DNA of 64,000 nucleotides from NCBI GenBank assembly GCA_013151415.1, contig JAADII010000080.1:2115-66114 (forward strand). Direction: 5' to 3'. Below, one piece after another: positions 58,349-64,000 of this stretch; the first letter of the stretch is position 1, and every line of letters begins with the position of its first letter. The position numbers and the translations under genes are program-made. Below the pieces are notes generated by a model that saw only the letters and a program-made list of their open reading frames with translations, did not search any database and had not been told where the DNA came from. Origin of the DNA: Chloroflexota bacterium. GTDB taxonomy: Bacteria > Chloroflexota > Anaerolineae > J102.

Positions 58349-59029
58349 ATGTTTACACACTTTGGCCGACAACGCGCGCTCGTGGCGCTGGCGCTGCTCT
58401 CGTTATTCATCACCATGGTCTTGAGCAACGCCGATCTGTTCGCCGCGCGCGCATTTCAGAGCGAATCTCCCCCACCGACAAATACGCCCATTCCCACAAA
58501 TACGCCAATAGAGCCGACCGCCACGCCCGCCCCCACGGATACGCCCATTCCCACCGATACGCCCGCGCCCACCGACACGCCCATCGCCACCAACACCCCC
58601 GCGCCCACAGAGACGCCCATCGCCACCGACACGCCCATTCCGCCCAGCCCCACGCCGCTCCCAGGAATCACGCCTGCGCCCACCAACACGCCCATCGTCA
58701 TTCCGCCCAGCCCCGAGCCGGGCGTCTCGCCTCCGCCACCCACCGCCACGGGCGTCATCGTCATTCCGCCCACCGCGACGCCCTCACCCACGCCGCCCCT
58801 CTTAGGAACCACCGAGCCAATAAGCGTTATCATCGCGCCGGTTGCGTCCCCTCCTGAAACAGCCCCTCCCGCGGACCCGGAAACGCTCATTCGGCTTATC
58901 GACACATTCGTTCTCTACAGCGCCTATTTTCTCCTTGGCTGCGGCGCGATCGTATTCGCCGCGCTGTTGATCGGTCTTTACTATCTCCATCGTCGCGCGC
59001 GCGAATTGGTCGAACCCCATGAGGAGTAA
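58349..59029 (+). CDS. Pro/Thr tandem-repeat membrane protein (N-terminal signal/TM, PT repeats, C-terminal TM followed by HRRAR)
   Basis: Repeats 'PTNTPIPTNTPIEPTATPAPTDTPIPTDTPAPTDTPIATNTPAPTETPIATDTPIP' come from about 8 degenerate 21-24-nt DNA repeats at 58478-58650. Confidence 0.55.
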   Translation: MFTHFGRQRALVALALLSLFITMVLSNADLFAARAFQSESPPPTNTPIPTNTPIEPTATPAPTDTPIPTDTPAPTDTPIATNTPAPTETPIATDTPIPPSPTPLPGITPAPTNTPIVIPPSPEPGVSPPPPTATGVIVIPPTATPSPTPPLLGTTEPISVIIAPVASPPETAPPADPETLIRLIDTFVLYSAYFLLGCGAIVFAALLIGLYYLHRRARELVEPHEE

Positions 59030-59037
59030 CGCGCCTC

Positions 59038-60465
59038 ATGGCCCGATTTTCGTCACGCTCTCGATTGCTATTGCTGGCCTTGCTATTGGCCGCATGGGCC
59101 TGGCGACTACACGGACTCGACTTCCAATCGCTGTGGCGAGATGAGGTCGATAGTCTGCGTTTCGCTACGCGACCATTGGCGCAAGTATTGGCCAATTTCA
59201 CCAGGCCGGGTGAAAACGGCCCTCTCTATTTTCTTCTGCTTCGACCCTGGCTCATGGCCGCGGGAACAACCGAATATGCGTTGCGTTTTCCCAGTGCGCT
59301 CACGGGATTGCTCGCGCTCCCCCTCATTTGGGCTTGGGGGCGACGGCTGTTCGATCAACGCGTTGCCTTTGTGGCTGTTCTTTTGCTGGCCGTGAATCCG
59401 TACCATCTTTGGTACAGCCAGGAGGCCAAGATGTATTCTTTGCTCGTGGTTGTGGTCATGCTGGCATTGTGGGCGTTCGTCGAGGCCGTCGAGCGTGGCA
59501 GGTTTTGGCGTTGGGCCTTATGGCTTGCGCTCACCTCGATCTGCTTCTATATTCACGTATTGGGCGCGTTGGTCATCCCCTTGCAGGCGCTGTGGCTGCT
59601 GATAACCCCTCGTTGGCGAAAACGCTGGCGAGCCTATGCAGCAGCCCTGGCCGCGTTGGTTCTACCTTATTTGCCTTTAGTGTGGTGGCAATGGAAACTT
59701 CTCACCAATCCCGACTTCCGCACCGGGCATCCTTTTGTTTCCCTGCCGCGCATGTTGCTATTGACCTCGGTGGCTCAAGTCCAAGGCATTCCTCGCGCGC
59801 CATCCACCTTTCTATTGGCCGCGCCCATTTTCTTGCTTCTGGCCGCCTTATTTCTAAACGGGGATTACAAGACGGGGCGACGATTGACGCTAACATGGTG
59901 GTTTTTCCCTTTGCTCGCGCTTTTTGGCATTTCGCTGGCCACGCCGCTCTTCACCGATCGTTATCTCATTTGGACCCTGCCCGCCATGCTTTTGTTGTTG
60001 GCCTCGGGCGCGGTTCTCACCGCGCGGCGAAATCGATGGGTCGCGACCGCGCTGATGCTCTTGCTCATCGGCTTTCAGTTCTGGAACGGATGGCGCGAAA
60101 CAACCGTTCCCATCAAATCTGACTTCCGCTCGGCCGCGGCCTATGTGCAAGTGCGCCGGTCGTCCGACGATCTCACCATGTTTCTCATGCCTTACATTCG
60201 CCACACCTATCGTTATTATGATCCCAGCCCCTATGCCTGGACCGATCCGCCCTACGCCAACCGTCAGGCCGATATCGAACTATTGCCCCAGCGCATGGAA
60301 AGCCTGATAAAGGGCTATTCGGGCCTGTGGCTCATTGAAAGCGAACCCGAATTCTACGACCGCGAGGGGCGCATACGCGCCTGGCTGCAACAAAACGGAA
60401 AACTGGAGGAGGAGGCGCACTTCGCACGCGTGAGCGTGTATTATTATCGCTTAGGCGAAGAATGA
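59038..60465 (+). CDS. glycosyltransferase family 39 protein (PMT/ArnT-like, membrane-bound)
   Basis: 475 aa polytopic protein. The N-terminal loop carries 'RDEVDS' (the DE motif of GT-C enzymes). Confidence 0.75.
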   Translation: MARFSSRSRLLLLALLLAAWAWRLHGLDFQSLWRDEVDSLRFATRPLAQVLANFTRPGENGPLYFLLLRPWLMAAGTTEYALRFPSALTGLLALPLIWAWGRRLFDQRVAFVAVLLLAVNPYHLWYSQEAKMYSLLVVVVMLALWAFVEAVERGRFWRWALWLALTSICFYIHVLGALVIPLQALWLLITPRWRKRWRAYAAALAALVLPYLPLVWWQWKLLTNPDFRTGHPFVSLPRMLLLTSVAQVQGIPRAPSTFLLAAPIFLLLAALFLNGDYKTGRRLTLTWWFFPLLALFGISLATPLFTDRYLIWTLPAMLLLLASGAVLTARRNRWVATALMLLLIGFQFWNGWRETTVPIKSDFRSAAAYVQVRRSSDDLTMFLMPYIRHTYRYYDPSPYAWTDPPYANRQADIELLPQRMESLIKGYSGLWLIESEPEFYDREGRIRAWLQQNGKLEEEAHFARVSVYYYRLGEE

Positions 60466-60586
60466 GATGCAAGGCCGAATAAGAAAATTGCAGGCGGGAT
60501 CGTATGTGAAAAACGTTGTCCTTGCAATTTTGAGCCAGCCAATGACCGAAAAAACGCCGCTCTCGACCTCGCGGCGCTCTCGATTC

Positions 60587-60615
60587 TTGACACCGCGCCT
60601 CACTCCTGCTAAACT
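60587..60615 (+). promoter_or_regulatory. candidate promoter for the riboswitch-btuFCD transcript
   Basis: A -35 TTGACA at 60587-60592, a 17-nt spacer, and a -10 TAAACT at 60610-60615. Confidence 0.4.
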
Positions 60616-60749
60616 CCCGCCACGGCATGCCGAACGTCCAGTGACATAGACCGAATCGTCATCTTCTCATTGTTCCCATTCAAAAGAGGTCATCTTTGCC
60701 CTATCGATAGATGAACAACCCAACAGCGTAGCATAAAACCATATCACAC

Positions 60750-61003
60750 AGCCTGGCAGTAGAGGCGCCCCTTGCCCCGGATGGCAGGGCTGAAAGGCGA
60801 AGCCGGTGAGAGTCCGGCGCTGTCCCGCAACGGTAACCAGGAGCAACTTGCATCCTGGAAGCCCGGTCGCCCACCTCTACTGACTCGCACCTTCTCGCGG
60901 AGAAGAGGGTGGAGTGCGATGTCAAAAACATCGCCCTTTGTCATTCCTTCTGGCAAAGACCAATCCTCCACCCGGCTCGCGCAAGCAGCCGGGTTTTTGT
61001 TTG
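60750..61003 (+). promoter_or_regulatory. cobalamin (AdoCbl) riboswitch with a terminator expression platform
   Basis: The core 'GCCGGTGAGAGTCCGGC' and the B12-box-like 'CCCGCAACGGTAA' are at 60802-60836. A terminator 'cccggctcgcgcaagcagccggg' plus TTTTTGTTT lies at 60971-61003, directly upstream of the BtuF-like gene. Confidence 0.7.
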
Positions 61004-61109
61004 GGGCGGATTGGCTCGCCTGACAAGGATATACGCCGCCCTCCGCCGCGGGAAGCTCTCTTCTCTCCCATCCATGCTTCACCCTATTTCTTCGGAGGTA
61101 AAACGCGTA

Positions 61110-62155
61110 TGTCCTTTCGCAAACTTTTCGTTCTTTTCATTCTTGCGGGCTTGCTTTTGGTTGCATGCAACGCGCCGGCCGCGCCTGACAACACGCCCAT
61201 TCCCCCAACGCCAACAGCGCCGCCCCCAACCCCTACGCTCATCCCACCCACGCCTACGCCCGAGCCGCCGACCCCGACTCCCATTCCCCCCACCCCCACT
61301 CCCAAACCCTCAGCCTTTCCCTTCACCCTGACCGACGGTCTGGGTCGCGAAGTGACCATCGAGCAAAAACCGCAACGCATCGTTTCACTCGCGCCCTCCA
61401 ATTCGGAGATGCTTTTCGCATTGGGCCTGAATGAAAGCGTGGTGGGCGTGACCAAATATTGCGACTATCCACCTCAAGCGTGCGAGAATAAAGAGATTAT
61501 CGGCGGCTTTTCGGCCAAATCCATCAGCGTCGAGACCATTCTGGCCTTGGAGCCTGACCTGGTGGTGGCTGCGGGCCAGATCCATCAGCCCATTATCGAA
61601 GCGATGGAACAACAGGACATCCCAATCATTGCGCTCACCGCGCGCACTTTCGACGATGTCTACGCCAATATCGAGATCCTCGGTCGTCTGACCGAACGCG
61701 AGGACAAAGCCGCCCAACTGACGACCGACATGCGGGCCCGGGTGGAGGCCGTCACGAGCAAAACCGAGCCGATCCAGGAAGAGGAGCGCCTCACCGTATT
61801 CTGGGAAGTGTGGGACGAACCGCTCATGACTGCGGGGCCAGGAACCTTCATCGGCCAAATGATCGAGCTTGCCGGCGGGGTGAATATCTTCGATGACATG
61901 GAAGAAGACTACCCAAAGATCAGCGCCGAAGAGGTGATCCGACGCAATCCCGCCGTTATTCTGGGGCCAGACAGCCACGGCGACAAGCTCACGCCCGAAC
62001 AACTGGCCCAGCGTCCTGGTTGGGGAGAGATCCAGGCCGTGCAAAAGGGTCGCATTCATCTCATCGATGGCGACATCGTCTCTCGGCCAGGCCCACGATT
62101 GGCGCAAGGGCTCGAAGAGGTGGCCCGAGCGCTTTATCCCGATCTTTTCGATTGA
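61110..62155 (+). CDS. btuF: cobalamin/iron-siderophore ABC transporter substrate-binding protein (BtuF/FecB family) with a PT linker
   Basis: A lipoprotein-like signal 'LLLVAC' and the linker 'PIPPTPTAPPPTPTLIPPTPTPEPPTPTPIPPTPTPKP' precede a class III SBP fold. GGAGG lies 9 nt upstream of the ATG. Confidence 0.8.
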
Positions 62156-62168
62156 GAAGCGCGCATTC

Positions 62169-63164
62169 ATGTTTCGCCATCGCGCCCTCGCACTCATTCT
62201 TCTCACCCTAGGCTTGCTACTGATCTCATCGCTGCTAAGCCTGAGCCTGGGCGCGGTGGCGATCCCGCTTTCTGAAGTCTGGAAAGCCCTGTTTCAACCC
62301 CAGGATCCCGCCTTGAATCGCGTCAGCCGAGCCATTGTGTGGGATCTGCGACTCGCCCGCACATTATTGGCTCTGGTCATCGGCGTGGGCCTGGCGGTGT
62401 CTGGTTCGGCCTACCAGGCCCTTTTTCGCAACCCGCTGGCCGATCCCTACATCATCGGCGCGTCGGGCGGCGCGGCCTTGGGCGCGACTATGGCCATCAC
62501 CCTGGAATTCTCGGCCGTGACCGCGGCCGCATTCACCGGCTCGCTGCTGGCCGTGGCCGCGGTCTACCTCATCGCCCAGGCCGGCGGCCATGTCTCCGCG
62601 GTGAATCTCATTCTGGCTGGAGCCGCGCTTAGCGCTCTACTCTCGGCGGCAGTCTCACTGCTCATGTTCTTCGGCGACGAAGATCTGATCGAGGTTTTCG
62701 CCTGGCTAATGGGCGGACTGAGCGGTCGTAGCTGGCCGCATTTGCGCACGGCCGCGCCCCTGATTCTGGTGGGCGCACTGGTTTTATGGAGCATGGCCCG
62801 TCCTCTCGACGCACTGACCTTTGGCGAAGAAAGCGCGCAGGCATTGGGTCTCAATCTCTTCTGGATAAGAAGCGCGTTGGTGACCGCAGCCACCATCGCC
62901 ACGGCTGCGGCCGTGGCCGCGGCCGGCGTCATCGGTTTTGTTGGCTTGCTCGCGCCGCACATGGCTCGCCGCCTGGTGGGTGCGAGCCACGCCTGGCAGA
63001 TTCCCATGAGCGCGCTTCTGGGCGGTTTGCTGGTGGTGCTGGCCGACGACCTGGCCCGCACCCTGCTCGCACCTCTGGAACTGCCTGTGGGCGCGCTCAC
63101 CGCGCTTTTGGGCGCGCCGTTTTTTCTCTGGCTGCTCAAACGAGGCGAACCATGGTCCCAATAA
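62169..63164 (+). CDS. btuC: FecCD/BtuC family ABC transporter permease
   Basis: About 330 aa and 9-10 TM, with the 'DPYIIGASGGAALGA' signature. Confidence 0.85.
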   Translation: MFRHRALALILLTLGLLLISSLLSLSLGAVAIPLSEVWKALFQPQDPALNRVSRAIVWDLRLARTLLALVIGVGLAVSGSAYQALFRNPLADPYIIGASGGAALGATMAITLEFSAVTAAAFTGSLLAVAAVYLIAQAGGHVSAVNLILAGAALSALLSAAVSLLMFFGDEDLIEVFAWLMGGLSGRSWPHLRTAAPLILVGALVLWSMARPLDALTFGEESAQALGLNLFWIRSALVTAATIATAAAVAAAGVIGFVGLLAPHMARRLVGASHAWQIPMSALLGGLLVVLADDLARTLLAPLELPVGALTALLGAPFFLWLLKRGEPWSQ

Positions 63165-63934
63165 ACGCCCAAAATGTCACATTGGCCTACAACGGCCGCG
63201 CGGTGCTGGAAAACGTAAGCCTAGAAGTTCGCGAAGGCCAAATTTTGGCTCTGGTTGGAGTCAACGGCGCTGGCAAAACCACCCTTTTGCGGGCATTGGC
63301 CCGCCTGTTAACCCCCCGTTCGGGAACAGTGCTGATCCATGGCCGCGACGCGGCGCGACTTTCTGCTCGCGAGGCCGCCCGCCAGATCGGTCTCACCCCG
63401 CAACAATCGGGCGCGATGTGGCCCTTGACAGTGGAAGAGGTGGTGGCCCTGGGACGCGCGGCCCATCGCGGGTGGCTTTTGCCTCTGACCGCACGCGATC
63501 GGGCCGTGATCGAACGCGTGCTCGAACAAACCGATCTTCTCGCCTTGCGCGAGCGCGCCATCACCACACTCTCTGGCGGTGAAAAACAACGCGCGCTCAT
63601 CGCTCGCGCGCTGGTGCAAGAGCCCGCCATCCTCCTTCTGGACGAACCCACGGCCAATCTCGACCTGCGCTACCAGGATATGATTTTGGCTCTGGCGCAA
63701 CGCTTGGCGATGGAACAGGGGTTGGCCGTGGTGGTGAGCATTCACGACTTGAATCTGGCCGCGCGCTATGCACAGCGAGTGGCGCTGCTGGCCGAAAAAC
63801 AGGTGTTGGCCATTGGCTCGCCCGACGAGGTTTTCACAGAAGAGACGCTCACCCGCGCCTATGGCGCGCCTATTGTGGTCACGCGTCATCCCCTTTACGA
63901 TGCGCCCCTTATCACGCCGGCCGCGCGAGGTTAG
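63152..63934 (+). CDS. btuD: ABC transporter ATP-binding protein (BtuD/FecE-like)
   Basis: Walker A 'GVNGAGKTT', signature 'LSGGEKQR' and Walker B 'LLLDEPT' are present. The start was trimmed to 'MVPINAQNV', which overlaps the permease stop. Confidence 0.85.
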   Translation: MVPINAQNVTLAYNGRAVLENVSLEVREGQILALVGVNGAGKTTLLRALARLLTPRSGTVLIHGRDAARLSAREAARQIGLTPQQSGAMWPLTVEEVVALGRAAHRGWLLPLTARDRAVIERVLEQTDLLALRERAITTLSGGEKQRALIARALVQEPAILLLDEPTANLDLRYQDMILALAQRLAMEQGLAVVVSIHDLNLAARYAQRVALLAEKQVLAIGSPDEVFTEETLTRAYGAPIVVTRHPLYDAPLITPAARG

Positions 63935-64000
63935 GCCAAATCGTTTTCAACAACGGCGGGTTGGCCAACATCCAAATATCCAACACCCATATCCTGATAT

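Noticed and set aside
58478-58650. Possible CRISPR-like array, from the regular roughly 24-nt DNA repeats
   Set aside because: The repeats are in frame and encode a Pro/Thr protein repeat. There are no unique spacers and no cas genes. This is a coding tandem repeat.
61385-62206. 273-aa minus-strand ORF
   Set aside because: Antisense shadow of the btuF-like gene.

Overview
This is a 64-kb high-GC bacterial chromosomal segment, roughly 60-65% GC by eye. It has two clearly lower-GC islets (~18.3-19.3 kb and ~24.1-25.3 kb). Gene content and protein architectures point to a Chloroflexota-like monoderm organism: Pro/Thr-linker lipoproteins, AmmeMemoRadiSam proteins, a class-I-like HMG-CoA reductase homolog, an aldehyde:ferredoxin oxidoreductase, and GT39 and GT4 glycosyltransferases. 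That taxonomic call is inference. I call about 55 protein-coding genes and no rRNA, tRNA or CRISPR array. Many of the long ORFs in the six-frame track are antisense shadows of real genes, which is typical of high-GC DNA; I rejected those. Many ORF starts were over-extended, and I trimmed them to the ATG that has a Shine-Dalgarno sequence. The main content is: a UvrD/PcrA helicase 3' fragment; amino-acid and nucleotide metabolism (class V aminotransferase, add, ilvE, tungsten-type AOR, argG, gdhA, a Cys/Met PLP enzyme, an IDH/IPMDH family dehydrogenase, a TrpB-like PLP enzyme); several ABC systems (an MsbA-like exporter, a Zur-ZnuACB operon with a near-consensus promoter, a cobalamin riboswitch followed by BtuFCD-like genes, and a duplicated-FtsX permease); a SulP transporter; a fused MFS/spermidine-synthase-like protein; and an OmpR-type two-component system translationally coupled to ApbE and a ferric-reductase-like haem-b membrane protein. 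The items I think most deserve a second look are: (1) an orphan HMG-CoA reductase homolog with a ~125-aa N-terminal extension, in a same-strand cluster with a saccharopine-dehydrogenase-like reductase, a PT-linker lipoprotein, a CPBP protease and a GNAT, with no mevalonate genes nearby; (2) a low-GC, translationally coupled three-gene islet whose middle gene looks TumE/DUF6516-like and which has a palindromic operator candidate; (3) a low-GC Rpn-family PD-(D/E)XK nuclease with a (GMQQ)3 repeat; (4) an intrinsic-terminator-like hairpin inside the AOR 5' leader, a candidate Moco/W-cofactor riboswitch or attenuator; (5) tail-anchored Pro/Thr-repeat proteins next to a GT39 glycosyltransferase, a candidate protein O-glycosylation module; (6) a sensor kinase with a poly-acidic extracellular insert in an operon with ApbE and a haem-b membrane protein, next to a membrane protein with a poly-Asp/Tyr tail; (7) a secreted dockerin+cohesin protein with a CxxCH motif. 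I found no complete, recognisable phage-defence system. Every functional call rests on motif and architecture recognition by eye and needs confirmation by HMM or BLAST searches.
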